Source: Octopus vulgaris
Taxonomy: Eukaryota
Reading direction: 5' to 3'
NCBI GenBank assembly: GCA_951406725.2
Contig: OX597831.1
Location: forward strand, 49,414,001-49,478,000
DNA length: 64,000 nt
The notes under the pieces were generated by a model, which saw only the letters and a program-made list of their open reading frames with translations, was not told the origin of the DNA and ran no database searches. A program made the position numbers and the translations under genes. This document shows positions 40,795-55,154 of this stretch, in pieces; positions within the stretch are counted from its first letter, which is position 1, and every line of letters starts with the position of its first letter.

Positions 40795-41002
40795 TGAGAG
40801 GGTGCTGAAAAGAACTTGGCTTTAAGGATGTCGCGAAAGACCTGGTTGGAGGCTCAATATTCCGAGTGCTTTCACAGGGCTTAGAGAAACTAAAGGACCG
40901 CTGTGTGAATCTGAGAGGGGAATATGCTGGGTAAAATCATAATCAACTGATCCCCCTTTATTTTCTTTTACCCAAAGCTAGGAACTTTTCAGCTCACCTT
41001 CG
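40795..41002. mobile_element. Mariner MITE retaining the transposase C-terminus
   Basis: TA|TGAGAGGGTGCTGAAAAG...CTTTTCAGCTCACCTTCG|TA; remnant LKDRCVNLRGEY. Confidence 0.75.
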
Positions 41003-41079
41003 TATATATCATTTATATAAAATTGAACTCATTATCTGATTCATATAAAAAATTCTTGTATGGGCTTGCACCTGCACAT

Positions 41080-41177
<98 letters not shown>

Positions 41178-41184
41178 TCTTACT

Positions 41185-41391
41185 ATTTTACTCTTTTACT
41201 TGTGTCAGTCATTTGACTGCGGCCATACTGGAGTACCGCCTTTAGTCGAGCAAATCGACTTATTCTTTGGAAGCCCAGTACTTATTCTATTGTTCTCTTT
41301 TGCCGAACCGCTAAGTTAAGAGGACGTAAACACACCAGCATCGGTTGTCAATCGATGTTGGGGGGACAAACACTGACAAAAAACGCGCCCC

Positions 41392-41436
<45 letters not shown>

Positions 41437-41598
41437 GATATATACGACGGGCTTCTTTCAGTTTCCATCTACCAAATCCACTCACAAGGCTTTAGTCGGC
41501 CCTAGGCTATAGCAGAAGACACTTGCTAAAGGTGCCACGCAATGGGACTGAACCCGGAACCATATGGTTGGTAAGCAAGCTACTTACCAGACAGCCAC
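41185..41598 (-). mobile_element. SINE family B
   Basis: Full head and tail in reverse orientation. Confidence 0.88.
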
Positions 41599-41762
41599 AC
41601 ACACACACATATTTATATATTGCTTAATTACTATTACCCATGAAAGTGGTAAAATGTTTTTCATCAGGTGATTATTTTGAATAAGTCTTTCATTTGGTCA
41701 TAGTTTTATTTTACTCAGCAGAAGAATGAATACACAAAGTGGGATACTACTTTCGGCAGTAT

Positions 41763-42120
41763 CTGTGTGGTAAGTAGCTTGCTTACCAACCACATGGTTC
41801 CAGGTTCAGTCCCACTGCGTGGTACCTTGGTCAAGTGTCTTCTACTATAGCCTTTTAAGTGGATTTGGTAGTGTATGTGTTTATATGTTTGTGTGTATAT
41901 GTTTGTGCGTCTGTGTTTGTTCCCCCACCATCGCTTGACAACCGATGCTGGTGTGTTTACATCCCCGTCACTTAGCGGTTCGGCAAAAAGACACCGATAG
42001 AATAAGTACTAGGCTTACGAAAAAATTAAGTCCTGGGGTCGATTTATTCGACTTAAAGGCGGTGCTCCAGCATGGCCGCAATCAAATGACTGAAACAAAC
42101 AAAAGAATAAAAGAATAAAA
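41763..42120 (+). mobile_element. SINE family B
   Basis: CTGTGTGGTAAGTAGCTTGCTTACCAACC...GACTGAAACAAACAAAAGAATAAAAG. Confidence 0.88.
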
Positions 42121-42674
42121 GCATAGTGATAAACAAAACACAAGTATAATTAAAATACAGAAGCAAAAGAAACAAACCCTTGTTTCTGTATTTTGTTGTT
42201 TTTTTTTTGGATATATTCGACTTTCGTCCGTCACTATATCGATGGGTGTAGTTTTGTAGACAAATTGCTGAAAATAGCGCTTTGGTTTACGTATTCATTT
42301 TGCACGGAGAAAAATGATAGTATGATCTAATGAAAGAAAACCTTATCAAAAATGATGAAGAAACGCATTTTACATCTATGATGGATGATAGTAATTACGA
42401 AGTATGTTAATTTTATCATCTCACCAATGCACTGCGAGTGAAACGATGTGTGGAAACAGTTGAAACTGATTTGATATATAGAGAATGTCGATCAATCGAT
42501 TTTCTCGCATTCGTTTCTTTATATAAGCTCTACGGATATTATGGAATTCATGACAGGAGTATCCTCACTGTATTATGACATCCGGTTGCCAATAAGTGTG
42601 AACGAGCTTTCTATAGAGCACTACGAGGTTTCTACGCAAATTTTATTCAATTGCAAACACATACACACACACAA

Positions 42675-42734
<60 letters not shown>

Positions 42735-43845
42735 GTATTTGAAAATGTGTGCATGTGATATACGTTTATGTATACTTTATATCTATATCTATATATATAT
42801 ATATAAATGTACGCATACATATGTGCGAATGCGTGTGTGTATATTTTTAAAAGCACACAGATGTATATATATATATAGTTATATACGGTCACTTATATAT
42901 ACACATGTATATATATATGAGAGAACAAGGTGTACGTGCAAGTGTATATATATATGTATAAGTCTATATATATATATGTGAATAATTATATATTTATAAT
43001 ATATATATATATATATATATATAGATAGATAGATAGATAGATATACACATATATTTATAAGCATGTACATATATACACTGTACACACTCTCATATGTCTA
43101 TCTGGACATGTATAGCACAGTATATGTATAACGAGTATGATTTAAGCACTGTCTCCCTCTGTCTGTCTTTCTCTCCCTCTCTCCCTCTCTCTCTCACACA
43201 CACACATGCATACATGCACATCACACAACCACACACACATACACACACACAAGCACACACATACACACGCACACACACAAGCACGCACACACACAAATAC
43301 ATGCTAATATAAATATACACAATGCTTAACTTTCAAGTCACTTCTATCCTATTTCATTTCGTATAAAATTTGTGCACTTATTTTTTTCATTTCATTATAT
43401 TTCATGTTTTAATTATCTATTACTGTATTTATTTTATCGACTATTCTTTCTTTTTTTTTGTATATATTTATTGACAATCGACAAAGAATTTTCTATGGCA
43501 TATGTCAGGCTATTAAATTCTCAAGTATTTCATTGAAAAGCGGACGTTTACATTGGCATTCAAGAAACGTTGAGGGTTTTGTGTAAAATCTACATTATGA
43601 AAACCCGTAGGCAGTTGTTTGCGAAAGAAACCGTGATTCACAATCATATTGCTAAACTGTTTGCAATGGCTGGCAGTTACTAACTGCCTGTCTGTATCTC
43701 TGCGTGTCTGTCTGTCCGTCTCACTCATTCTTCCTTCTTTCTTTATGTATGTATGTATGTATGTATGTATGTATGTATGTATGTATGTATTATGTATGTA
43801 TGCATGTATTATGTATGTATTATGTATGTATTTATGTATGTATGC

Positions 43846-43929
<84 letters not shown>

Positions 43930-43931
43930 CC

Positions 43932-44011
<80 letters not shown>

Positions 44012-44310
44012 TTCCCCATCTATCTTTATCTATCTATATATTTGTCTCTCCGTCTGTCTATCTGTTCCCGTATTGGTGCAAGCATTTTGAAGGTTGCTTT
44101 TGATGACAGTCTAACTTTACATAATACTTACTGCTACTAGGTGGTAGCGTGAGTTAGTGTCTTTTACCATAATATCTGGTAAACCCATAACTCGTGACTG
44201 AAATTCAATTAGTGAAACCAGTTTGAAAATTCCGTTGGATAGAATGTACCCGGTATTCAAAGTAACAGTTTTTAACATTTACAGTCATGTTGGTTTTTTT
44301 CTGGGACATA

Positions 44311-45150
44311 TTGGGTTGGCGAAAAAACTCTGTTCGATGTTTTAAGTGAAAATAAGAGATAAATTTTAGACACAAAGCCATTTCTTCAACCAATGGTATA
44401 ATTACCGATTCGTTCTGGTATCTTCTGCCATCTTATGGCCAAATCTATTATTCTCTGTTCAAAAGTTTCCTGTCTTTATTAGCGAGAAACTCTTCCAGGT
44501 TAGGAGTTGAAGTTCTAATCATTCAATAACTAGGAAAAGTCTGATGCAGATGGAAATGTGAAGGCACAAGATGAGACGAATATGTAGGGTGCGGCAAAAC
44601 TTCCCAGTCAAACCCCATTAACTCTTGTCCCGCTTTTATGATTAGCAAGTGGTGGATGCTTCAGATGACCCACTGCGTTTAATTTATCCGGCTGATAACA
44701 GTGCACATCCGAATTTATGTTCTTGACCGTAGGAAGAAGCTCTTAAAAGACAACACCCTTCCAATCCTACGAAATCGAAAGCATACTCTTTTTTGAGTTA
44801 AATCTTGATTTGGTGGTTGTCCATCGTGGTTCGCCGCGCTTTCACCACACTCTTCTGCACCTGCCATTGTTAGAGACGATTCGTTTTTCGTTCCCTCTGA
44901 CCATTCTCTCCAAAAAGTGAACGTTTTCTTCACGATTCTGCAACAAAATGCAGATGGAAATCCGTTGCATGAGTTTGGTCTCATTCAGTTGATGTGGGAC
45001 CGAAACATCAAGCTGGCTGACGTAACCAAGTTAATGCAGAGGTTATCGAAACTAGATTTGAGTATTTGGTGAAGATCTGCGCTCATGCTGGTCATATGAC
45101 GGGTGTTGGTGTTGCTGTTAATCTCAGCTGTTAATCCAGCGCGAGATGCA
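44311..45150 (-). mobile_element. Mariner (DD34D) relic with right TIR
   Basis: TA|TTGGGTTGGC end. Minus-strand pieces FLERMVRGNEKRIVSNN, KKSMLSIS*DWKGVVF*ELLP and GFDWEVLPHPTYSSHLVPSHFHL. Confidence 0.85.
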
Positions 45151-45606
45151 TCGTTTAGTGGGATACACAAAAAGCTATTGTAAACTAATAATGCTTCACC
45201 GCTAAAATGAATACATAGATGCATGCTTAAATACATACATACGTACGTACATACATACATACATGCGTACATGCATATATTCATGCATGTATGTATGTCT
45301 GTCTGTATGCGTATCAGTATGCATTTATGTATGCATATGTAATTGTATTACAGAAGAAAACTATTGAAAAGTTATAATATTAAACCCATATAAATCTTTC
45401 TAAGGTAAAACGTGAGACAATTCTGTCATCTTAAAATAGAAAACATCATGAAATTTCTCAGGTAAACTCACAACAAAAACAAAATACATTAAATAAGAAA
45501 TGATATTTAAAATAATTTTCTAAGACTTTTAAGACACAGGCGAACTAGAATATTTTCCAAAGAGATCGATTCCCTTAAAGTTAACAGAACACATATCCGA
45601 TATAAA

Positions 45607-45823
45607 TTTTATTCTTTATTGTCCATCGGGGGCTAAACATAGAGGGGACAAACAAGGACAGACGAGGACATACAAAGAGATTAAGTCGATTACATCGAAC
45701 CCAGTGCGTAACTGGCACCTATTTAATCGACCCAAAAAGGATGAGAGGCAAAGTTGACCTCGGCGGAATTTGAACTCAGAACTTAACGGTAGACGAAATA
45801 CGGCTACGCATTTCGCCCGGCGT
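45607..45823 (-). mobile_element. SINE family A (tail type 1) with TSD ATATCCGATATAAA
   Basis: TSD at 45593-45606 and 45825-45838. Confidence 0.88.
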
Positions 45824-45852
45824 AATATCCGATATAAAATTACAGACGATTA

Positions 45853-46075
45853 AGGCGACGAGCAGGCCGAAGCGTTAACACGCCAGGCGAAACGTTTAGC
45901 GTTATTTCATCCGTTTTTACATTCTGAGTTCAAATTCCGCCGGGGTGACTTTGCCTTTCGCCCTTTCGGGGTCGATAAATTAAGTACCAGTTGGGTACTA
46001 GGATCAATCTCATCAACTGCCACCCGCCCCAACTCCCCAAAATTTTCGGGTCTTGTTTCTAGAGTAGAAAAGAAT
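45853..46075 (+). mobile_element. SINE family A (tail type 2) with TSD ATTACAGACGA(T/C)TAAG
   Basis: TSD at 45839-45854 and 46076-46091. Confidence 0.85.
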
Positions 46076-46627
46076 ATTACAGACGACTAAGAATATTCAA
46101 ACTGTCTCACTGTTTCCAAAGCCGATAAAACATTTCTATAATTGTCTGAAAGGAAAGAAGGTATCATATTTGTTATATTTTGGCTTTACGAAGGAAAAAC
46201 TAAAGCTATTTTCTGATTGGCTCAAAGTTTCTGGTGGAAAGCACTGGGGAAATATATTTCCTTAAATGTTGAAAGACACAAAGAAAATTCATTAATTGTC
46301 TAATTCTAACAATTGTTGTCTCTAACAATTAAACAGTTGACTGTGCTGTCACATTTACATTTAATATATTCAATATTGTGACAATGTAGAAAGTCTCTAC
46401 TGAGATTTATACTAAAGACTTGTTTACCGAGCAAATGTACATTTATGTATGTATGCATTTATAAATACATACATACATACATACATTTATACATACATAC
46501 ACGCATCCATAAATACATACATACATACATACATACATAGATAGATACATACATACATTCATTTCCTCCACATTATACTCTGACCGCCTCCTTCGTCTTA
46601 ATATATATGTGTGTGTATATATATATT

Positions 46628-46832
46628 CTTTTAATTGTTTCAGTCATTTGACTGCGGTCATGCTGGAGCACTGCCTTTAGTCGAACAAATCGACCTCAGG
46701 ACTTATTCTTTGTAAGCCTAGTACTTATTCTATCGTTTTTTTTTGTCGAACAGCTAAGTTACGGGGACGTAAACACACCAGCATCGGTTGTCAAGCGATG
46801 CTGGAGGACAAACACAGACACACAAACACACA
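46628..46832 (-). mobile_element. 3' half of SINE family B
   Basis: TTGTTTCAGTCATTTGACTGCGG...TCAAGCGATG. Confidence 0.85.
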
Positions 46833-47325
46833 CAGTCTTCTCGGATCTGGGGCATCGTCCATCCGATTGCGCTCAAATTTGATGTGTAGATACCGACGGT
46901 ATCAGGGCGTGTATAAGTCTTGAAAAAATTATAAAAATCGATTCCAGGTAAGAATGCGATCGATAAAGCCGTTTTTGTCCTGCTTTTATTCCGTCAACCT
47001 GTACACAACTGCACTTTCCATTTTTTGTTGTTTTTGTACTGCTTAAAGGCACGTTTCTTTTCTGCGAAGCTTACTGTTTAAACCTTGTTTCTGTTCTCCC
47101 AGTCAACAGCCTTATCATTACTGGTACTTTAAATTCTTCGGTTGCATATTTGTGTGAATAAAATCGTTTTTCTTTGGAACAGAAATGTCTCAAATTTAGA
47201 TTAAATCAGTGTTTCTCAAAGAGGAAGCCTATGGGATGGTCGGACAAGTTGTTTTGAGAAAATTTGGTTTAAATGTTTGACAACTCACCACCGTCCATTT
47301 TACTCGTACACACACACACACACAT

Positions 47326-47374
<49 letters not shown>

Positions 47375-47377
<3 letters not shown>

Positions 47378-47736
47378 AGGCGAATGGCCCAGTGGTTAGT
47401 CACAGTTGCGGTCGTAGGATCGCGGTTTCGATTCCCAGACAGGGTGTTGAGAGTGTTTATTGAGCGAAAACACCTAAAGCTCCACGGCAGGGGGTAGTTT
47501 CAAACCCTGTTATACTCTTTCACCACAACTTTCTCTCATTCTTTCTTCCTATTTCTATTGTACCTGTGTTTTTCAAAGGGCCACTCTTGTCACACTCTGT
47601 GGCATGCTGAATCTCCCTGAGAACTACGTTAGGAGTACACGTGTCTGTGGAGTGCTCAGCCACTCGCACGTTAATTTCAGGCTGTTCTGTTGATTGAATC
47701 AACTGGAACCTTCGTCGTCGCAACGGATGGAGTGGC
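47375..47736 (+). mobile_element. SINE family C (diverged)
   Basis: Aligns with 49607-49987; preceded by (TA)n. Confidence 0.85.
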
Positions 47737-48305
47737 ACACGCACACACACACAGCCACATTCATATAGATATGGCACTCTGTGAAATATATATATATATA
47801 TATATGTATACACACACATATACATATACTTATTATGTATATACATACACGATGGTAGAAACATGTATGCCAACCGGCTGTACATGGTTATTCTTTAATT
47901 AGTACTTAGATTAAGAAATAAACGAGCATAGATAATAAATGAGGCCATGGGGAATAACGCGCAAGAAATTTACAAATAATGAAAGCAATTTATTATAAAA
48001 TTTAAAGAAAATAATATTAATAATAAAAAAAATTTTGGTGATCATTGGATGATAGATATAATTTTAATGATATTTTTTAAGACGCAGAGATAACGTATAA
48101 TATGGCAGTATAGGATGATAGTATTGATTAAAAACAGCAGTGATATGATTTAGGAGAGAAATATTTGTGCCAAAGGTTGTACCTATTTTTACCATTTACG
48201 TGTTTGAATTATTATACTCCATCCATGGTGGGGCGTTTAATAGATAAACTCGATGTCACAAACCCACTAATTTTGTATGTCACATATTCTATTGGTCGCT
48301 GTGTC

Positions 48306-48349
<44 letters not shown>

Positions 48350-48418
48350 TAATTATCTCTCTCTATCTATCCATATGTCTATCTGTCTGTCAATCTGTCT
48401 GTCTATCCGTGAATTTGC

Positions 48419-48487
<69 letters not shown>

Positions 48488-48641
48488 GATATAAATATGT
48501 ATATATGTCTATATACATTTATAAATATGTATGTGTATGTACATATATGAAAATATATAGTGCATATTTAGATACATGTACATATATGAAATACATATAC
48601 ATAATCTATATGCATACATGCATGCTTATGGATATATACAT

Positions 48642-48692
<51 letters not shown>

Positions 48693-49347
48693 TATGTGTG
48701 TTAATATTTAGATGCATAGAGAAAAGTGATAGTCGTGTATAGAGCATTATAAGAGATCATATAAATGACAATGGGAGAAGAAATTATGTAATAAACTTCA
48801 TTACCTTACAGCTGTTTCCATTATAAGATATAATTCACTCGTCTATCTCATTATAGCTTCACTAGAGCTTCACAACTGATGCGTAATTTTATTTTGGAAA
48901 TCATTTATATACATGGAAAACATCAGAAAAATGTAGTATCCAGTTTGAAGGGAAAACACGACTCACAAAAATATGGAAGTCTGCATATTTTTTTGTATAT
49001 AGTAGCATATAGTAGATGGGTTCATTTGTGTGTGCAGATATACTTAAAAAAGATTAACTATATAATTTTACATAATGTCACGTTAAATGTTCACAACCAC
49101 GATCATCACAACAACAAGAGGGTTTGCAATATATTGGTTTCAAATTTTGACACAAGGCCAGTAATTTTAGTGAAGGAGAAATTCGTTTACATCGACCCAA
49201 GTTTTAAACTGGTAACTATTTTATCGACCCCTAAAAAGATGACAAAGTGGACCTCAGTGGAATTTGAACTCAGAACATGAAAGCGGACGAAATGTTGCTC
49301 AGTATTTTGCTAGCCATTATGTTGTTATATTACCTGATGTCTCGTCA

Positions 49348-49431
<84 letters not shown>

Positions 49432-49514
49432 TGTATGTATGTATGTATGTATGTATGTATGTATGTATATAACTGGTAATTAAAAATATCGATCTATATC
49501 TATATCTATATCTA

Positions 49515-49585
<71 letters not shown>

Positions 49586-49606
49586 ATATATATATATATA
49601 TATATG

Positions 49607-49987
49607 TGGAGGCGCAATGGCCCAGTGGTTAGGGCAGCGGACTCGCGGTCGTAGGATCGCGGTTTCGATTCCCAGACCGGGCGTTGTGAGTGTTTATTGA
49701 GCGAAAACACCTAAAAGCTCCACGAGGCTCCGGCAGGGGATGGTGGTGATCCCTGCTGTACCCTTTCACCACAACTTTCTCTCACTCTTACTTCCTGTCT
49801 CTCTTGTACCTGTATTTCAAAGGGCCGGCCTTGTCACTCTCTGTGTCACGCTGAATATCCCCGAGAACTACGTTAAGGGTGCACGTGTCTGTGGTGTGCT
49901 CAGCCACTTACACGTTAATTTCACGAGCAGGCTGTTCCGTTGATTCGGATCAACCGGAACCCTCATTGTCGTAACCGACGGAGTGCT
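49607..49987 (+). mobile_element. SINE family C (full length, tRNA-derived head)
   Basis: A-box TGGCCCAGTGG, B-box GTTTCGATTCC, then about 300 bp of body ending CGTAACCGACGGAGTGC. Confidence 0.9.
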
Positions 49988-50023
49988 TTCAATCCAATAT
50001 ATATATATGTATGTATATTTGTA

Positions 50024-50436
50024 ATGTATGTATGTATGTATGTATGTATGTATGTATGTATGTATGTATGTATGTATGTATGTATGTATGTATGTATGTA
50101 TGTATGTATGTATGTATGTATGTATGTATGTATGTATGTATGTATGTATGTATGTATGTATGTATGTATGTATGTATGTATGTATGTATGTATGTATGTA
50201 TGTATGTATGTATGTATGTATGTATGTATGTATGTATGTATGTATGTATGTATGTATGTATGTATGTATGTATGTATGTATGTATGTATGTATGTATGTA
50301 TGTATGTATGTATGTATGTATGTATGCATGCATGCATGCATGCATGCATGCATGCATGCATGTATGTATGCATGTATGCATGTATGCATGTATGTATGTA
50401 TGTATGTATGCATGTATGCATGTATGTAAGTATGTA
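50024..50436. repeat. About 300-bp perfect (TATG)n grading into (CATG)n
   Basis: Visible. Confidence 0.97.
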
Positions 50437-50769
50437 TGAATCTAGCTGATAATTAAGAAATTTGGTAGTCTGGTATATATATATAAAGATATCTAAAGAC
50501 ATTCTGCAGAGATAAGTTTGTAAACATCGTTGAGGAATGATTTAAAACTAAAAGCTGCTTTTCTTAATTCTTTGCAATTTACAACAACGTGCCGATATAA
50601 AGACATTATATCTTTAATATATTTTGACTTGACTATCTAGAATTCATATACATGCCTATATTCACACACATATATATATGCGTATATATACATGTATGTA
50701 TATTTATGTATACATACATATATATGTAATATGCTTGTGTATATTTTGGGTGTGTAGGTTTGATTGGTG

Positions 50770-51200
50770 TGTTAATTAGGTTGTAGGGTGGGTTTTGATG
50801 GAGATGTATTTTGCAGAGATTTTTATTGAATAAATTTGGAGTCATGTTATTGTTTAGAACTTATTCAAGCATATAGAACTTTGTAAGGAAGTGTGAATAT
50901 TTAGGTCTGTCCGCTACAGTTCATGTTATTGTATTTTAGTGATCGTATAGGAAGTTTGAGAACAGCGGATGTGTTAGCAGTTTTAGATATTCTTGGTTCA
51001 AAATTAGCCCAGTATTTAATTTAGTATTTGTGTGTTAATTGTTTTTGTAATGGAATTTTTTAAGGCTTCTCAAAAGAATGTTTGTAGGAGGTATGATTTA
51101 GCTGGTCAGTTTATTTGTTATTGTTGTAATTTAGGAATTTCCTGTTTGTATTTGAAAGGTAGGGGTTATTACTAGGATATATGATTGTGTTGTTAGTTGT
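50770..51200 (-). pseudogene. Highly decayed Penelope-like GIY-YIG remnant
   Basis: Minus-strand pieces FEPRISK, FSNFLYDH*NTIT*TVADR and IFTLPYKV resemble the T.LS..W..K...I.W region; heavily frameshifted. Confidence 0.35.
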
Positions 51201-52651
51201 CTACTGCTCTCGAGAGCTTAGCCTTGGCTTACAAGGCTCAGTTCGGGAAAGCAGTTGACCATCAGAATAGATTATAAATACAGTGGCTCAAGGCAACTGG
51301 ATCCCATTGCGGTATCTTTCCCATTTAAGATGATGAATCTTCAGATTTTGTCATGGCAGTACATGATTGCCGACATTAGAGACGGCATATCTTTAATCTT
51401 TTATTGTTTCAGTTATTGGACTACGGCCATGCTGGGACACTGCCTTGAAGGATTTCAATCGAACGAACTGTCATTGTCCTGCAGTTATACTGGGAAACTA
51501 TCTTCAAGAGTTTCACGCGAACGAATTGACCCCAATACCTAATCTTTTAAAACCTGGTACTTATCTATCGTCTCTTTGAGGAGTAGTATATGAAATTAAG
51601 ATAATATATATGTTTTTTATGTACATCTTCAGAAACGTCTCGATTCTCAATGGTGCACATACACTCATATTTAAGTACACACATACATATAAATATATAT
51701 ATTTATAAGTATGTATGTACGTAATATGTATATAAATATATGTACACATACACTTCCACACACCTACACATATACATACACACACACGCACACACAAGCA
51801 AAACATTTATTTGTCGAGCAATCTGCCTCCATTGGCATATGCGCACACACACGTATATATATATATCTGTTCATATAATTTGACAGTCAGTCAGTCAGTC
51901 AGTCACTCACTCACTCACTCACGTACGCACTCACGCACTCACTCACGTAATCACATAATCACACACATACATAGACGTACATACATGTGTACCATCATAC
52001 ATTTATCAAAAACATTTGTATTTAATGATGTAGACCAATGATGACAACTGACATTTTGTGGCGTTACTTATTTCTTTAACCTTAATTGCACGCTGTTCTG
52101 TATTAATACTGCATTTAAAGAAACTCAACAATTTCACAGAAAATTACAAGAAAAAACACATCGCCAATAATGCTTGCAAGGAAGCATCAACGACAAGTCA
52201 AAGAAATTAAATAAGAAGAAATACTTAAGAGATCTTAATGTCGAATTCAATGTTAGTATAGTGCACAAGAATTTCCTTGTTCATGTCTAAAAGATGTCTT
52301 TGTAGAAGTAAACCAGCTTAAAGCCACAGATCCTATGAAATGTAATTGAATTAGAAAATGCATTCATATGTAGAATTGTATTATACGTCAATGTAAACAT
52401 ACATACATACAGATATACAGATATATTAAGTATATATTACATATGCATACTTATATATATATATATACATATACATACATACACGCATATATATGTATAT
52501 ATATATATATATAGATATGTATATATATTATATATATATATATCTGTATGTATATGCCTGCATATGTATGTATATAAGTACGTAAATACTTATATATGCA
52601 TGTAAAAAGTATATATGAGTATATATATATGTACATATATTACATGCATAC

Positions 52652-52696
<45 letters not shown>

Positions 52697-52715
52697 TACA
52701 TAATGCATATATATG

Positions 52716-52755
<40 letters not shown>

Positions 52756-53639
52756 TGTCTATATATATATAGACTCACACACATACACACGCACATATAT
52801 ACATTTACATATCTACATATGTATATATGTATATATGTATGCATGTGTGTATGTGTATGTGCATGCGTATGTGAGTATATGTGTGTGTATTTGTTAGTGT
52901 TTCTTTTGTACTTATTCACGCTTTTCTTCCTTCGCAGCAGTTAATCCGGTCAACAACGTGGTAATGTTCTTTCATTTAACCCTTGGGTGGGGGTGGGGGG
53001 TTTACCTGAATCGGTTGACGTTTGCATACATGTCTGATATACATGTGTATGCGTTCTGCATATGCGAATGTGTGCTTGCAAATCTGCACTCATGCACCGT
53101 GTGTGAGTATGTGCGTTTGTCACGTTAGAACACAAGTATGCGCGTGTTTCATTACTGCTTTCGTGTGGACGTTCATGTGTGTAAATTCCATGTGTGTATA
53201 TGTAACTGTGTGCGTATGTTTATTCAAGAACCTTAAATTTTATAGATATTCACTGAAAGCTTTACTCCATTGTATTTGGGGGACATAAGTTAATCCGCTT
53301 CCTTTATTCTGGGAAGACTTAGCATTTTCGGTTTTTTATTTCTATGGAGATCTTTGTTTCCTATGAATGGCTGTATGTAATATGTACGTATGGATGTTTA
53401 TATGAATATATATTCATGTATTTATATCTGAATATATTTACGCATATATATATATATACGTATATATACATACATACATACATACATACATACATACATA
53501 CATACACACACATATTTATACACATAGGATTATATACACATATGCACATATATACATATACATACATGCATGCACACACAAACATACACACACATATATT
53601 TATATATTGACAATATTAAAAATAAGGATTACTCCGAAG

Positions 53640-55150
53640 TACTAATAGCATTACCTTTAATTCTATAGTTATATACTGCCTTTTAAGATCACAATGTGTT
53701 TCAATTGCACCGATTTGAATTCCTTGAAGTTGCAACCCTATTATAAAACGACGCAGTCTCTCAGTTTCTTAACTTGATGTACCTCGGTATGGCCATTTAA
53801 TGATTTTCTTTTATAAGTCATATAAGTGTAGAGTTGTCCGTTAAGTCAGACGCGAACAATCTTTATTTGAAGTTCTTATCGGAGAATTATTTTCAGTGCA
53901 TCATTACAAAACGTTGTATAGTTTAAATGATAAATATTTATTTATACTTCGAAAATGTGAATTATCCCATGTGCAAGCATCTCAATGCATTCTGTCTAGA
54001 ATTTATTGCATTATCTTTGGATGTTAAAATCCTGTAAAATTCTTCTAAACATTGGTCACATCTATTGGTTCCAGGTCTGTATAGCTTTGCAGTACAAATT
54101 AATTCCCATTTAATCGTATAGTCCTTGTTACTGTCCTTAAAAGACCAGATTAATTTGCTAAGAGTAGTTTAGAACCTTTTATTTTTGTCTTTAAATGAAC
54201 TCAAATGATTTGCCAGTTACCTCTTGAAAATTAACGATGTCCCACCGATATAAGAGAATTCCTTACCCTCAGATATAACTATACATCTATATATTACATT
54301 TTTAGTTTTACACTTATTTCCCACATAACAGGATCCCCGTTTAGAACAACTGCAAAGATAGTTTTTTTTATACTTTCCTCAGATTTAGTTTCAGTCTGAT
54401 CATTCTTTGTAGAATTAAATTCATTTCCACCAAGATCTTTAATACTATTTACTCCTTTAGTTAACGTTCTTTGTTCTATTTCTAGCTGAATTTTTATTCG
54501 ATTTGACATTATTAGTTATGTTATATTGGGTCACTTCCCTTTCCACGGCATTTAATTTCTTAGCATTCCCTTCTATTTGTGTTTCTTTATTCCGTTTAAC
54601 GTTATTATACTTCGAATTTATTACGCTATTCTGATTGTAATCGCAATTTTGAAATTTCGATATTATTTTAACACATTGTGCTGCTATAATTTGTGCAACA
54701 TTACGGCTAAGACAATAATCCGATTTAGTCTTATGCCGATTAAACATTTTGTAATGTTTGTGGCTTCTTGGAAAATATTGTTGAATTGCTATATCAATCA
54801 AATTGGAAAAATTGTAATCTACCTGTTTACCAAGTGGAACGATTAACCATAAAGTATTCTTCGAATTAACATTATAATTTTGATTTCTATACTCGGTTTT
54901 CGAAGGAGTAAGTATTCTCTGATGTCGATCCATTCTAAAGTTAGCGTTTATTCTACTTTTATTTCTATTAATAAATCTTTTAGCTGATTTTATATTAAAA
55001 GAATTTGAGATTTTATTAGAGAATACTATATCCTCATTTCCGTTAGCAGTAACGAGAATTTTGAAGCCGGTTATCAACAATCTTACGATTTTTCCTTTTG
55101 TTATAAATATAATTGTTCACTTGTTTATTTTCACTATTGAAATCACCTAC
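53640..55150 (-). mobile_element. 5'-truncated Penelope-like element (Naiad-like): RT-thumb region, Asn-rich linker and GIY-YIG
   Basis: 54457-55080 gives KNTLWLIVPLGKQVDYNFSNLIDIAIQQYFPRSHKHYKMFNRHKTKSDYCLSRNVAQIIAA, similar to IIWFNPP...HFP..H...IFNR...SY....N...II. Confidence 0.8.
53938..54354 (-). pseudogene. GIY-YIG endonuclease with CxC-x5-C-x5-C linker
   Basis: CSCSKRGSCYVGNKCKTKNVIYRCIVISEGKEFSYIGGTSLIFKR*LANHLSSFKDKNKRF*TTLSKLIWSFKDSNKDYTIKWELICTAKLYRPGTNRCDQCLEEFYRILTSKDNAINSRQNALRCLH. Confidence 0.88.
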
Positions 55151-55154
55151 TCCT

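Noticed and set aside
49607-49680. tRNA gene
   Set aside because: It has A and B boxes but continues into a ~300-bp body repeated at 47375, 30881 and 34020, so it is a SINE head.
53938-54354. Selenocysteine-recoded Naiad endonuclease
   Set aside because: The in-frame stops are TAA, not TGA, and the conserved cysteines use TGT/TGC, so this is ordinary decay.
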